Assembly: GCA_025594325.1 (NCBI GenBank)
Contig: JANHCV010000016.1
Span: 497,734 to 561,733 of the forward strand
Reading direction: 5' to 3'
DNA: 64,000 nucleotides
Origin: Blastocladiella emersonii ATCC 22665
Taxonomy: Eukaryota > Fungi > Blastocladiomycota
The position numbers and the translations under genes were made by a program. This document shows, piece by piece, positions 1 through 11,727 of the stretch. Every line of letters starts with the position of its first letter. Position 1 is the stretch's first letter. Below the pieces are notes generated by a model. The model was not told the origin of the DNA, did no database searches, and saw only the letters and a program-made list of their open reading frames with translations.

Positions 1-1
1 A

Positions 2-3000
2 CTCGCCGACTCGGCCGGCTACCGCTTCACGTCCCCGGCGAGCGGCCCGTCACAGTCGGCGCTCCGCAACGACTGGGGCGACAAGCCCGGCGTGTTCGCG
101 AGTCTGGTGCGCCAGAAGCTGTCGGAGCTGCTCCTCGCCGCGCCCGACCACACGGTCCCGTCCGAGGAGCTGATCGTCGGTCTCGGCCTCGACCCGCAAA
201 AGTACCCGCGCCAGCGCAAGTGGTTCAACCGCACCATCGCGTCCATGGTCGCCACGGGTCACGTCGAGCGCATCCAGCGGCCCGGCGGGCCCTCGACGCG
301 CCGCCTTGTCAACTGCATCCACCTGCTCGTCCCCTACCGCATGCCCGTCACGGTCGGCTCGCTCGCCCCGCTCTCGGGCGGCGTCCGCCGCGCCACCGAC
401 CACGTCTCGGACTCGCAGAACCGCGGCTCGTTCCGCCAGATCGCGGTCGTCGACGACGACGCGCCCGCCGCCGCCGGCAGCGACGACTCGGGCGTCCAGG
501 TCAACACCCCGCGCCACAACAACTTGGACGGCGGCGTCATCTCGGTCACGGGCGGTGCGGCTGCTGCCAACGGCCTCGTCCACGACTCGGGCCTGCTCCA
601 GGACGGCGTCCTCGCCGACCTGCCGTTCGAGTACCAGATCCACCGGCTGCTCGCGCTGACGCCCGACGGGCTCACGGCGGGCCAGCTGCGCCGCCAGCTC
701 GGCCGCATCGGCGCGCGCCCCTTCAACAAGTTCATTGACCGCCTGATCCTGTCCAAGAAGACAGTCCCCGGCGCCCTCGTCGTTCACCGCGTCGCCGAGA
801 ACCGCGGCCGCGAGCGCCGCTACCGCTACTTCACCGACGCCGCCATGAACTCGCTCCAGGCCGCCGACCAGAGCGTCCAGGTCCTCATGCGCGAGCAGGA
901 CCGCCGCACCGCCATCACCAACCTCGTCGTCGCCGGCGCCACCCAGACCAACGTCGCGGCCGCCTCAGCCGCTGTTGTTGCCGTGTCCGCGTGCAACTCG
1001 GCCGCGGGCACGCCCCTCGTCGGGCGCGGTGCGGGCCGAGGCGCCTCGTCTCCCGCTGGCGCTGCTGCTGGTGCCGCGGCGCCGGGCACCCCGGCGCCTG
1101 CGTCCAAGTCCCCGCCGCACGCGGGCTCCGCTCTCGCGCGCGTCATGGGGACGCCCGCGCCTACTACCGAAATCGTCGACGTGGACACGCCCGGCTCGTC
1201 GTCCGCTCCCGGCACCGAGCCGCGCGCGCCGCGTACGGTTTCGGGCGCCACCTTCTCGCCGTCGAACCCGCCGTCGTCGGTCCTCGCCGCGACCTCGACT
1301 CGCCCGCTCAGCGCGCCCGCGCCGTCGTCGGCCGTGTCGCTCGGCGTGCGCACCACGGTCGAGGCGGTGCGGCGGCGCATCATCCTGCTCGAGATTCTGG
1401 CCGAGCACCGCGTCGCGCTGTACAACCACGAGCTGCTCAAGGAGATGCAGTCGCGGTACATTTCGCGGTACCCCGAGGCCGCCGGCAGCAACATGGACAA
1501 GAAGACGCTGCAGCGCGTCGTCGAGCACCTGCGCGTCGAGAAGCGCCTCGAGCAGAAGGTCGTCAACTTTGGCATGATCCACGGCGCGCCCGAAAAGTCG
1601 GAGCTCCTCGTCATGTGCGACGTCGACAACCCCGTCACCGACGAGGAGGTGCTCGACAAGGTCAAGGAGATCGAGGGCCGGCTGCTGTACGCCACGGGCT
1701 CCCGCGTCACCGATGCGCCGACCCGCGACTGGTCCCACTCGGGACCCACGCCCAGGGCCGAGGACGGCGGCAGCGACTCGGGTGACGGCGGTGACTCGGA
1801 CACCGGGTCGGGCCGGCGCGGGTCCACGTCGCAGCTGCCCGTCGACGCGCCGCTCCACGGCGACGGCGCCCGTGCTGCGCGGTCGCACGCGGCGGCGCAC
1901 TGGCGCGTAGTCGCGCAGCAGTACGGGTGGCAGGACGCGCGCATGCTGCGTGCCAAGATGCTGTACCAGTTCCTGTACGAGCGGACGTCGGCCGAGGTGG
2001 CGCCCGACCACGTCTTCGAGACGACCATCATCTTCCGCGAGCTCACGCTCGGCATGTACCTGCAGCTGATCGGGCACACGCACGTGTCGGAGCGGCTCAG
2101 CGCGTACTTTGACCAGCACCAGGACACGCCGCTGATCTGCATCGCCGAGGACGTGCGCGGCGAGCTGCTCGGCAACGACCGCACCAAGCGCCGGTTCAAG
2201 TCGCACGTCATGCACCTGCTCAACATCCTGTCGGCGCTCAACGTGATCCACCCGGTCGGCCTCGAGGGCTACTTCAAGACGGTGAGCGAGCTATCGCCGC
2301 TCCACCACAAGTATGTCGTCCCGCGCACCTTCCGCATGCTCAACTACCTCGCCCCGCGCCACGAGCGCGTCGAGCTCCAGGAGCGCGACGTGTCGACGCT
2401 TGGCCGCATGCACCTGTTCTGGAGCGAGCTCGAGGTCATGCGCGCCGCCACCGCGCCCCTCCTCACCGGGTCCTTGGTCACGGCCGATACGCCCGACCCA
2501 GCCAACGGCGTCGCGCGCAATTCTCCGGTGACCTCGGGCCTGACCCACCCCGCCGCCGAGGAAGCCGCCCGCAGCGCCGAGGCTCTGGCGGCCGACGGCG
2601 CCGACGGCGCCGACACCACCACGGCCTCCGCCGCGCCCTCCACCTCGCCCCTCACCTCGCCCATGCCGACCCCCGCACCCGTCGTGGTCCCGTCCATGGC
2701 GCCGCCGCTCGTCGGCCAGGGCAACCAGGAGAGCGACCCGATCAAGTTCATTGGCCTGGCGCGCAACTGGATCCCGACCACGACGCTGAGCAAGCGGCAG
2801 CGGCGCACCCTCGAGCAGGTGTGCGACCCGACCACGGGGCAGACGCCGCGCAACCACTACAACACGTGCCAGGAGCTCGCGTTGCAGACCGGGCTCACGA
2901 TGCAGCGCGTCAAGCAGTTCCTCAAGCGGTTCGAGGACGACTACGTCCGCCGCAAGGTCATGGACGAGGAAGGGCTCGCGATGCCCGGGTTCGCCGGCAT

Positions 3001-5329
3001 GCAGCTGCGCAACCGGCCCGGCGCCGCCATGTCGGGCGAGGGCGGCGAGGGGAGCGATGGCGACGACGCGTCTTCGCGCACCGTGGCCGACACGCACGCC
3101 ATGTTCGGGCCCGTCGGCGCCTCCGCCCGCCGGTTCGCCCGCTCGGGCACGTCCGCGGCCATGGCGCGCCTGAGCGAGCGGCGCGGGCGCACGTCGGACG
3201 GCGGCGCCAAGGCCGTCAGCTTGCAGCGGCAGCAGCAGGCAGGCGGCGGCGGCACGCGCGGGCGCAAGACCGGGACGCGCGGCAATGGCCGCGCCGGCAA
3301 GGCCAAGCAGCGCGGCAGCAAGCTGGCGGGCACGGTGCAGCTGATCGATCCCGAAACGGGCGCGGTCGAGCTGGCCAAGCCCAAGCGCACGCGCTTCTCG
3401 TGGAACCCCGAAGCCGACGTGCAGCTGATCCACGCGTGGGTCATCCTCAACTACCGCGTGACGTGCGGCGCGATGCGCAGCATGTCGTGGAAGACGGCGA
3501 CCGTCATGTTTGGCGGCCGCCCCGTCGGCACGATCCGCCGCCGCATCATGCTGCTGCTCAAGGTGCCCGACTGGGCGCTGCGCGCCAAGCGGCTCGAGCG
3601 CGCGTGGGCCGCGCACCTCGGCGAGGGGTGCCCCGACTGCGCCGCGGCCGGGACTGGCGCTGCGGGCGAGTCGTCGACGACGTCGGCCTCGACGCCCGTG
3701 CTCGACGCGGACGCGGCGCCCGCCACCACGTCAGGTGCCGCCGCGTGGGACCTGGCCAAGTGCATGGAGCACCTCGCGGCGCTCCCGCTCGACACGTACT
3801 CGGGCATGGCTGCGAGCGGGCCGCACGGCGGGTGCGACCTGCCCGACTCGATCGAGGAGCTCGAGGCCATGTTCGAGGTGCACGCAACGCCCACGGTCCC
3901 GTTCCACGAGCGCAAGGACCAGGAGGCCACGGCACGCGCCAAGCTCGTGCTCATGTACGAGAACGCCATGTACGTCGACCCGATCGAGCCCGAGCCCGCC
4001 GCGATCTTCCCGATCGTGTCGCCCGCCGAGGACGACGAGGAGACCGAGAAGACTGCGGCCTACGACGGCCAGTCGGTCGCGGACCACGCGGACACGCGCC
4101 TGTTCCACGACGTCGCCGCGGTCACGTCGAAGGCTCGCCCCACCGCGTCGGGCGGCAGCACCAACAGCGCCGCCGACTCGGACTCGGACGAGCGCGGCCC
4201 GCCGGCAATGTCGGCCAAGGAGCGCGAGCAGATGCAGGTGGTGATCCAGCTGCTCAAGATGATCTGCCTGACGCCCGACTCGCAGTACAACTCGACGCAG
4301 GCGTTTGCGATGCTGCACACGTTCTCGGGGTCGGTTCTCGAGCGCGCGCTAGCGGCCGTGCGCGAGTCGGGCGCCCTCGTCCGGCTCCGCGCCCACCACG
4401 GCAAGTCGCGCGTCATCCCCGGCCGCAACTACGCGCTCTCGGACCGGTTCTGCGCCCAGCTGTACGGCAACACGGCGCAGACCCAGATCGCGCAGGCCGT
4501 GCGGGCCCTCACCCAGCTCCATGACACCCTGCAGGGCACGGACCCCACGGCCACGGCCACCGGCGACGCCGACGCGTCGCACGAGTTCATGCTCGAGGAC
4601 ATGGTCGAGGACGGCACGATGCTGGCCCTCATTGACCTGCAGGCCGCGGGCCACATCAAGCTCGACGTGCAGATCAACCGCGCGCGGCTGTTCGCGCTGC
4701 CTATTGTCCCCGCGCGGTCGCGCGCGTTCGACATGGAGCTGCCCGTCGCGATCAAGGTCGCGCCGACGCTGCCCGTCCCGCAACGGCAGCTCGGTGACGG
4801 CAAGGTGCCGTCGACGCACGAGCTGGTGCTCGGGCGCACGTACGTGACGACGGCCGAGGACGACGACATGATGGGCGGCGAGCCGGCGACACCCGCTGGC
4901 CCGCCGTTCGTGCGGCTCGGGTTCTCGGCGCCGGTGTGGGTCGACCCGCGCGACGAGGAGAGCATGCGGCTGTACTGCATCCCGCGCACGCGCATGGTGC
5001 CCGACGCGGCGGCCGATGCCGAGGTCGCGGCGCTCGAGCCCGTGCCCGAGCTGCGGCCGTGGATCGTGCCGCGCATCTGGAACAACATCCACGGGCACGT
5101 CGAGCCCGCGATTCTGAGGTCCGCCATGACGTGTGTGCTCGCGTTCCTGATGCGCAACCCGGGCGCGCGGCTGTCGTGGCTGTGCGACCGGTTCGACCTC
5201 ATCTTCCAGCGCGTCGAGGTCGAGGAGCTCGTCGAGCAGCTCGAGTTCCGCGGCGCCGTGCTGACCCAGATCGCGGACGGCCAGGTCTACGTGTTCCTGT
5301 GCGACGGCTTCTACCACAAGATCCTCTAA
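2..5329 (+). CDS. TFC3: RNA polymerase III transcription factor TFIIIC, largest (B-block-binding) subunit tau138/Tfc3/Sfc3-like; 5' end truncated by the window edge
   Basis: Intronless 1,745+ aa ORF; the frame stays open upstream of the listed GTG back to position 2. It has several winged-helix-like segments, an RTRFSWNPEADVQLIHAWVIL motif and a C-terminal WNNIHGHV..SAMTCVLAFLMRNPG segment typical of Tfc3/Sfc3/GTF3C1. Recognised from family knowledge. Confidence 0.8.
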   Translation, partial: LADSAGYRFTSPASGPSQSALRNDWGDKPGVFASLVRQKLSELLLAAPDHTVPSEELIVGLGLDPQKYPRQRKWFNRTIASMVATGHVERIQRPGGPSTRRLVNCIHLLVPYRMPVTVGSLAPLSGGVRRATDHVSDSQNRGSFRQIAVVDDDAPAAAGSDDSGVQVNTPRHNNLDGGVISVTGGAAAANGLVHDSGLLQDGVLADLPFEYQIHRLLALTPDGLTAGQLRRQLGRIGARPFNKFIDRLILSKKTVPGALVVHRVAENRGRERRYRYFTDAAMNSLQAADQSVQVLMREQDRRTAITNLVVAGATQTNVAAASAAVVAVSACNSAAGTPLVGRGAGRGASSPAGAAAGAAAPGTPAPASKSPPHAGSALARVMGTPAPTTEIVDVDTPGSSSAPGTEPRAPRTVSGATFSPSNPPSSVLAATSTRPLSAPAPSSAVSLGVRTTVEAVRRRIILLEILAEHRVALYNHELLKEMQSRYISRYPEAAGSNMDKKTLQRVVEHLRVEKRLEQKVVNFGMIHGAPEKSELLVMCDVDNPVTDEEVLDKVKEIEGRLLYATGSRVTDAPTRDWSHSGPTPRAEDGGSDSGDGGDSDTGSGRRGSTSQLPVDAPLHGDGARAARSHAAAHWRVVAQQYGWQDARMLRAKMLYQFLYERTSAEVAPDHVFETTIIFRELTLGMYLQLIGHTHVSERLSAYFDQHQDTPLICIAEDVRGELLGNDRTKRRFKSHVMHLLNILSALNVIHPVGLEGYFKTVSELSPLHHKYVVPRTFRMLNYLAPRHERVELQERDVSTLGRMHLFWSELEVMRAATAPLLTGSLVTADTPDPANGVARNSPVTSGLTHPAAEEAARSAEALAADGADGADTTTASAAPSTSPLTSPMPTPAPVVVPSMAPPLVGQGNQESDPIKFIGLARNWIPTTTLSKRQRRTLEQVCDPTTGQTPRNHYNTCQELALQTGLTMQRVKQFLKRFEDDYVRRKVMDEEGLAMPGFAGMQLRNRPGAAMSGEGGEGSDGDDASSRTVADTHAMFGPVGASARRFARSGTSAAMARLSERRGRTSDGGAKAVSLQRQQQAGGGGTRGRKTGTRGNGRAGKAKQRGSKLAGTVQLIDPETGAVELAKPKRTRFSWNPEADVQLIHAWVILNYRVTCGAMRSMSWKTATVMFGGRPVGTIRRRIMLLLKVPDWALRAKRLERAWAAHLGEGCPDCAAAGTGAAGESSTTSASTPVLDADAAPATTSGAAAWDLAKCMEHLAALPLDTYSGMAASGPHGGCDLPDSIEELEAMFEVHATPTVPFHERKDQEATARAKLVLMYENAMYVDPIEPEPAAIFPIVSPAEDDEETEKTAAYDGQSVADHADTRLFHDVAAVTSKARPTASGGSTNSAADSDSDERGPPAMSAKEREQMQVVIQLLKMICLTPDSQYNSTQAFAMLHTFSGSVLERALAAVRESGALVRLRAHHGKSRVIPGRNYALSDRFCAQLYGNTAQTQIAQAVRALTQLHDTLQGTDPTATATGDADASHEFMLEDMVEDGTMLALIDLQAAGHIKLDVQINRARLFALPIVPARSRAFDMELPVAIKVAPTLPVPQRQLGDGKVPSTHELVLGRTYVTTAEDDDMMGGEPATPAGPPFVRLGFSAPVWVDPRDEESMRLYCIPRTRMVPDAAADAEVAALEPVPELRPWIVPRIWNNIHGHVEPAILRSAMTCVLAFLMRNPGARLSWLCDRFDLIFQRVEVEELVEQLEFRGAVLTQIADGQVYVFLCDGFYHKIL

Positions 5330-5374
5330 GCCTTCTGACCATTGTTGTTTTGATTTCAATCTATTGCGCTCGTT

Positions 5375-7609
5375 TTACACGCCAAGCAACGTCGCCACTT
5401 CTTCGGCAGACCGCATCGCGCTCACCTCGTCTGCGAGCGCCGGGTCCGCTTGCACCGCATCGACGATGGCGCGGTACGCGGCGAGGAACTGCGCCGACCC
5501 GGCGCTCGCGACGACCGCGGCGTGCGTGTGCATTGCGAGGCGGCCGAGGACGCGGCCGACGTCGGTGACGGCGCCCGCCATGAGGAACGCGTCGAGGTCG
5601 CGGACCGCGGACTGCAGGGTCGGCGCGTCGAGGCCGAGCTCGGACAGCGTCGCGGCGGGCGATGGTGACCGCGCTTGGTGGTGCTCGAGGAGCTCGGTAA
5701 TGGGCGCGAGGCCCGATGCGGTGAGGAGGGCCGATGACTACGCGGACGCAGTGTTAGCCATGGCGGTTCCTCGCGCGAGGTGAACGCAGCGTACCAGTTC
5801 CGAGGTGAGCGAGTCGACGTAGATCTGGACCTGGTTGGCGAGCGCGGCGCGTTTCTCGTCGGACAGGGCAGCGAGTGCGTCGCGGAGATACTCGAGGCAG
5901 TTGACCATGTAGACGCCGGCGTCGGCGCGCGGGATGGCCTGGGCGGCAATGACACAGGCGCGGACGCACGGGTCGACGACGAGGTCGACGATGGGCCGCA
6001 TCTCGGGTGGTGCCGCGGCCGTGGACTGCAGGTAGCGCGCGTGCGTCGCGGCGATGCTGCGCAGGTGGCCGGCGGTGCGGCGGACCGACGGGGTCGGGAG
6101 CAGGTCCGCAGCGTCGGGCGCGTCCCACTCGACGGCGGCGGAAGCCGCCATGGCGTCAAGCGCGTCCTTGAACTGGCGCAGGGCAAAGAACTGGAGCCTA
6201 TGGCGTGAAGCGGTTAGCGGGGCGGATCAAGAGGGCAGGAAGCGAGGTACTCTTTGGTGGTAGCCGCGAGCGGTGACGCGGGGAGGAGGACCTTGAGCAG
6301 CATCTGATAGTTGACGACGAGGACGTGGTAGACGCGGTAGGCGAGGGTCGGGTCGTCACGGAGCGGTGTCGCGAGGTCGAGGCTGCTGCGCGAGCCCGCG
6401 GCCGAGGAATTCTCTGCACTCGCGCGGGTGACGGCCTGCTCGATGCGGGTCTGGAGCGGGCGGCAGATCCCCGCAATGCTGCGGTCAACGAGATCGACGG
6501 CGCGCGAGCGGGGCAGGCCGACGTCCGAGGTCCACAGGGCGAGCTCGGATGCGAGGGCCTGGTGGACCCAAGCGTACACGTCGGCGACGAGGCGTTCGGG
6601 GTCGTCACCAGTAGAAGCGCCGGCGGCGATGCTGCTGGCAGTGGACCCGCGGCGCGATGGTGGAGCCCCACCACCCGGGGCTGTTGCGGACGCGGGCGGG
6701 TTGCGGGACAGCGCAGCGTCACCAAACCAGCGCGAGAGTGCGGTGCGGCGGTGAGCGACGGCGTCGTCGAGCAGTGCGTCGAGGAGGACGGTGCGGCGCG
6801 ACAGGTGGGCGAGGACGGCGGGCAGGACAGCGGGGAGGTCGGGGGCGAGGGCAGCAAAGACCGGGAGGCGGGCCTGGGCCCAGGCGAACATGTGGTCGTG
6901 CGCGGTCTCGATGTGGATGAGCGTAGTTGCCATGATGTCCTTGGCGAGCGGGTTGTTGGGGAAGTCGAGCTTGTCCTTGAGCAGCTGCTCGAGGGAGACG
7001 GCGCGGTTGAGGGCGGCGAAGAAGTCGGGCGAGAGGTCCGAGGAGGGCGACGAGAGTAGGGCGAGCTCGGCGGGCGACAGGGTGAAGTCGGCGAGGAAGG
7101 CGGTCAGGGCGTCGCGCTGCGCGGTAAGGGCATCCCTGTTGTGAGGCCGGGTCAGGACGTGCACAGCGAGGTTACGACTAGCAAGTGCACATTTCGGAGC
7201 GGTGCTCGAGGGCGACGCGCACAAACTCGCCCGTCTGCGAGCGGGCAAAGGCGAGGTCGTCGGCGACGGCGCGGCAGTGGGCGTCCATGGCGGCGATGCC
7301 GTCGCACACGGCGTCGGCCTCGGCCACGACGGCGTCGGCGAGGGCGGCGAGGTCCTCGTAGGCACGCCACTGGTCGTCCTCGACAGCGCGCGGCAGGGCG
7401 GCGGGCGCGGGCGGTGGCGCAGCGCCGCACCAGGCGTCGAGGGCGGCGAGCGCAGCAGCGCGCTGGCGGGTGCCCTCGCGGTCCGTGGCGGCGGAGCGGA
7501 ACAGCGGCGACGCGAGGGCGGCGGCGAGCGACTCGGTGGCGGCGGCGGTTGCGGTCGTTGGTGGCGGATACATTGCGGGCAGTGTGCGGTCGCGCGAGCG
7601 GTGATCCAT
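5375..7609 (-). CDS. COG6: Conserved oligomeric Golgi complex subunit 6 (multi-exon)
   Basis: ORF pieces 7178-7663, 6214-7677, 5738-6151 and 5375-5581 are separated by short intron-like gaps. Motifs FLADFTLSPAELALL..DFFAAL, WVHQALASE and VYMVNCLEYL match COG6. Start codon and exact exon borders are approximate. Confidence 0.75.
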
Positions 7610-8055
7610 GGCGCCCCGCGGGCGATCGAGGGAGCGCAGACCCGGCATGGCGCGCCCTGCCAACTCATCGTGGCCAACGCGTCGCGGTCGCGGGCATCAC
7701 GCCGCAGCCCGTGCGCCGTCGCCGTGTGGCGGGACGCGTCTCGGGCAAAGTCGGGCCGGCTCGCCAGTCACGTCGGCAAGCCGCATGAGCGAGCGCGGGA
7801 GAGCAACGCCTTCACCGTCGCCTTGTCCGCGACCGCGCCCCAACCGCTGCTGCTTCTCCCCGCGCTTACGCGGCCCACTCACACCCCACACACCCTGCCA
7901 TGTATGTCCTGCCCTTCCACGCGCGCGCGCGCCGCCCGACGCGCGTGCCCGACGACGGCGACGCGGCCCGCGGCCCGGACCCCCAGCGACCCGCTGCTGA
8001 CGCTGCAACCGCCGCGCCCAACCCGCCAGCAGCCCCCGCCCCCGCACCGCCGATC

Positions 8056-9270
8056 ATGCGCAACGCCAAGGTGTTTGCCGGGTCGTCGCACCAGGACCTG
8101 GCCCAGGCCATCGTCGACCGCCTCGGCATCTCGTGCGCGCCGCTCGCCATCAAGCAGCACGCCAACCACGAGACCTCCGTCGACATTGGCGTGTCGGTGC
8201 GCAACCAGGACGTGTTCATCATCCAGTCGGGCAGCGACAGCATCAACGACAGCCTTATGGAGCTCATGATCCTCATCAACTCGTGCCGCATCTCCTCGGC
8301 CTCGCGCATCACGGCCATCCTCCCCTACTTCCCCTACGCCAAGCAGTCCAAGAAGAAGAAATCGCGCGGCGCCGTCACCGCCAAGCTGCTCGCCAACATG
8401 CTGACCGTGGCGGGTGTCGACCACATTGTCACCCTCGACCTGCACCACGACCAGATGCAGGGCTTCTTCTCCAAGCCCGTCGACAACCTGCTCGCCGAGC
8501 CCTCGCTGTGCAAGTACGTCGCCGAGCACCTCGACGACTACCGCCACGCCGTCGTCGTCGCCAAGAACCCCGGCGGCGTCAAGCGCGTCACCCAGCTCGC
8601 CGACCGCCTCAAGATCGACTTTGCCCTCATCCACCAGGACAAGTCCGTCCCGAAGCCCGCCAAGGCATCGGCCCCGCGCCGCAAGACGCCCTCGGCCGCG
8701 GCCGGCGGGGCCCCGCCCACGCTGTCGACCACGGCCAACTCGTCCACGTCGTCGACCAACCTCCTCCAGACCGCCGCCTCGACCGACTCCATGGCCATTG
8801 CCACCACGCACGGACCCGTGCGCTCCACCACCACCACGGCCAACCTCGACGACGTGGAGATGGGCGGCGAGGACGCCCTGCACCTGGTCGAGGTGTTCGA
8901 GACCCAGTGGCACGAGGACGGCCTGCAGCTCGTCGGCGACGTGGACGGCCGCCCGTGCATCCTCGTCGACGACATTGTCGACAAGCCCAGCTCGTTCCTG
9001 TCCGCCGCCAAGCTGCTTCGCCGCCGCGGCGCGACTCACGTCTACGTCATGGCCACCCACGGCGTGCTGTCCAACGACGCCCTCGCCCAGTTTGAGGAGT
9101 GCGACGCCATCCACAAGGTCATTGTCACCAACTCGTACCCGATCTCGCTCGACAAGCAGGCCATGTCCTCCAAGCTCGAGATCATCGACATCTCGGGCGT
9201 CCTCGCCGAGGCCATCCGCCGCACCCACAACGGCGAGTCCATTTCGTACCTCTTCCACACCCCGCTGTAA
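8056..9270 (+). CDS. PRS1: Ribose-phosphate pyrophosphokinase, fungal Prs1 type with central non-homologous insertion
   Basis: MRNAKVFAGSSH..., ELMILINSCRISSASRITAILPYFPYAKQ, DLHHDQMQGFF, LVGDVDGRPCILVDDIVD, MATHG and VIVTNSYP. An Ala/Ser/Thr-rich insertion sits where yeast Prs1 has its NHR region. Confidence 0.93.
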   Translation: MRNAKVFAGSSHQDLAQAIVDRLGISCAPLAIKQHANHETSVDIGVSVRNQDVFIIQSGSDSINDSLMELMILINSCRISSASRITAILPYFPYAKQSKKKKSRGAVTAKLLANMLTVAGVDHIVTLDLHHDQMQGFFSKPVDNLLAEPSLCKYVAEHLDDYRHAVVVAKNPGGVKRVTQLADRLKIDFALIHQDKSVPKPAKASAPRRKTPSAAAGGAPPTLSTTANSSTSSTNLLQTAASTDSMAIATTHGPVRSTTTTANLDDVEMGGEDALHLVEVFETQWHEDGLQLVGDVDGRPCILVDDIVDKPSSFLSAAKLLRRRGATHVYVMATHGVLSNDALAQFEECDAIHKVIVTNSYPISLDKQAMSSKLEIIDISGVLAEAIRRTHNGESISYLFHTPL

Positions 9271-9342
9271 GCTCTCTCGCTCTCCTCTCCCTCTCGTCAT
9301 GCCTTACCCCACCTCCTTGAAGAAGAAACTAGTTTTATCATA

Positions 9343-10281
9343 TCACACCTCACCCACGGGGATCGCGTACACGCGCAGCTCGTCGTCGCCCGATCCGAGC
9401 GGGTGGTCCTCGACGACGCGGAACCCGAGCGCCTTGAGCGCGAGCCGGAGCGGGAGGTCGCTCGCCATGGCCACGACTCGCACCTCGTCCGCAGCGCCCG
9501 TCGGTCCGCTCGCGGCCCCCGCGCCGTACTTGGCGCGCAGGTACCGCTCGGCCGAGCGCAGCATGTGCTCGAGAATGCCCGGCGTGTGCACCGTCGGCGT
9601 CGTGAAGGCGGGTTTCTCGTCGCTTCCGTGGTCGGCGTGGGCGGTCGGCGCGGCGGTGGCCACGCTCACGTAGTGCCGCAGGTGCTGGGCGGCTCGGCGG
9701 CCGCATACGAGGGTCGTGAGCCGGAGCACGCCGAGCAGGCCCGCGTCAGCGGCGGACTCGTCGCGGTCGGCTCGGAACTTGGTCGCCGGGGCACGGACGA
9801 TCGACTTGGTGGCCGAGACGCACGAAACGGCGGACGTGGCCTCCTCGTAGCGCGGCGGCGGGAGCGGCATCGCGTCGGTGGGGGCCTCGGGATCGGTTTC
9901 CCCAGAATCGCCGCGGAAGATCTCGTCGGTGGTGGCCAGGACGCGGTCGAACGCGCCGACCTCGGACACGGGCGCGTGAGCCGTGACGCGGACGGCGAAC
10001 CGGTCCTCGGGGCGGCCGAGCGTCGTAGACCACGCCACCTCGCGGAGCGTTGCGGCGCGGAGCGTGGTCTTGATGACGGAGCCCTTGTGCGCGGGCGGCT
10101 GCGGGATCGCGATGAAGGCGCGGTACGCGGCGGTGCGCGCGGCCGGGTCGGACAGCTTGTGCAGCTTGGTCGCAAAGAAGCGCGCGCCGCACGGGGGCGA
10201 GGTGCGCGGCGACGGCGTCGTGGTGGGCATCGGGTAGAAGCCGTGCGAGGCGGCGGCGTGCATGGATTGCGGCACGGGCAT
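9343..10281 (-). CDS. Hypothetical protein, C-terminal half weakly GNAT-like
   Basis: 312-aa ORF with GC3-rich coding bias. GILEHMLRSAERYLR...VRVVAMASDLPLRLALKALGFRVV resembles GNAT motifs A/B. True start uncertain. Confidence 0.45.
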   Translation of the reverse strand: MPVPQSMHAAASHGFYPMPTTTPSPRTSPPCGARFFATKLHKLSDPAARTAAYRAFIAIPQPPAHKGSVIKTTLRAATLREVAWSTTLGRPEDRFAVRVTAHAPVSEVGAFDRVLATTDEIFRGDSGETDPEAPTDAMPLPPPRYEEATSAVSCVSATKSIVRAPATKFRADRDESAADAGLLGVLRLTTLVCGRRAAQHLRHYVSVATAAPTAHADHGSDEKPAFTTPTVHTPGILEHMLRSAERYLRAKYGAGAASGPTGAADEVRVVAMASDLPLRLALKALGFRVVEDHPLGSGDDELRVYAIPVGEV

Positions 10282-11124
10282 AGTGGATCGGTGGTCGGAT
10301 CAGATGTTGGTTGCTGGTAGGGAGAGGAGGGACGGCAGGGGATCGCCGCCTTTTGAAGGCCCCGGCCGCGGCCGACCATCGCGGAAGCTAAGCGGCGCCA
10401 TCGGGTCGACCTCCGGGCAACACTCGACCACGTACGTGGGAGTGCCGCGCTGGGCCGGGTCCGTGGTCGCGGGCGGGGAGGAGAGGCGCGGTTGAGTCGG
10501 CGGGGCACCGGGGCCGGGCCAGGGCCGGGCCATCTCGCGGGCCCGGGTGGCTGAGCCTCCACATCAGCGCGGGCTCCGGTTTGTTCTGCCTGGCCACTTG
10601 TGATTCATCCACCCCAGCTGTGCCGGTTGAATCACACCAACTTTCAGCGTAAGCCCATCGATAGCGGACGAATTCGGTCGCGTGCGTCAATCTGCCGACT
10701 CCGCGTTGCCGCCGTGGGAGTAAGCGCCACCCTCACTCATGCACGACGACGGGTGGGCACGGCGCGGGTGGTCATCGCGGTCGTCATCGTCGAGGATGAT
10801 CTCTTCCTGCGCGCGTTGTCGACACCGGAAGCAGCCGCCGGCCGACGCGATCGGCCACGCTTCAGGACGCGAGCAGGGACACGAGCGCGGAACGCCGCCC
10901 GGCGCGAGACACCGTGGTGCGAGACATCAGGTGACCCCACGCGGCGCCTCGAATTTCTCTGCTTTGCCGCTCAGCGTTTTGCTTCGCGCCGATCGCCTCG
11001 CGGCCGTTGGAGCAGTACCACGCCCATTCGTGCAATGTAACTGTCTATGCAACTCGATGAAACGCCCTCTTCGACGCCATGTGCTCACGATGAGCGCGCC
11101 CGCGACCCCGAGTAGCCCGCCACC

Positions 11125-11615
11125 ATGAGCTTCCTCGGCGCCTTCCGCTCCAGCCTGGTCCAGCTCGGCGGCCGCCTCAAGTGCGCTCTTCTCGCTGCTG
11201 CACCTTGTGATGCTAGGACCCACGGCTGACCCCGCGGCGTATCCTCCCCTCGCGTAGCAAGATCCCATGGCGCATGTCCACCACGCGCAAGGCTAACATG
11301 CGCAAGCGCCTGCGTGCCGTCGACGACGTGGTGGGCACCCTCAACACGTCCGGTGTGCACTTCAAGGCTCTGGTGCGCTTGCCTCCTTGCTCGCTATACC
11401 CGCGTCACCGCGTCCTAACCCCTGACCGCACCACCCCCGAACAGGACGAGGCCCTCAAGGTCCCGACCGAGGCCGCCATGAACTCGCGCAACAAGTACTG
11501 GGTCTTTGCCCGCAACCACCCGGGCCTCAAGAAGGCCGCCCACAAGGTCCCCAAGTTCACCAAGGTCGAGCTCCCGCGCGAGTGGCCAGTCGGCCTCCGC
11601 AAGATGCTCAAGTAA
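11125..11615 (+). CDS. MRPL31: Mitochondrial ribosomal protein mL60 (MRPL31), 3 exons
   Basis: Splicing (GTGCGC...TAG and GTGCGC...CAG introns) gives MSFLGAFRSSLVQLGGRLNKIPWRMSTTRKANMRKRLRAVDDVV...KYWVFARNHPGLKKAAHKVPKFTK, matching the fungal mL60 signatures KIPWRMS and HKVPKWTK. Confidence 0.85.
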
Positions 11616-11727
11616 ATCCTCATCTTGCCCGCTTCTCGTTCCCCTCATATTAGCTGATGTACACACTTTTTTTGGTTTCACTTTCGCTCGTACGGATCGA
11701 TCGATTCACACCCAAGACGACTCCTAT

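Noticed and set aside
8640-8900. Large insertion in the PRPP synthetase
   Set aside because: It corresponds to the known non-homologous region of fungal Prs1-type subunits, so it is not novel.
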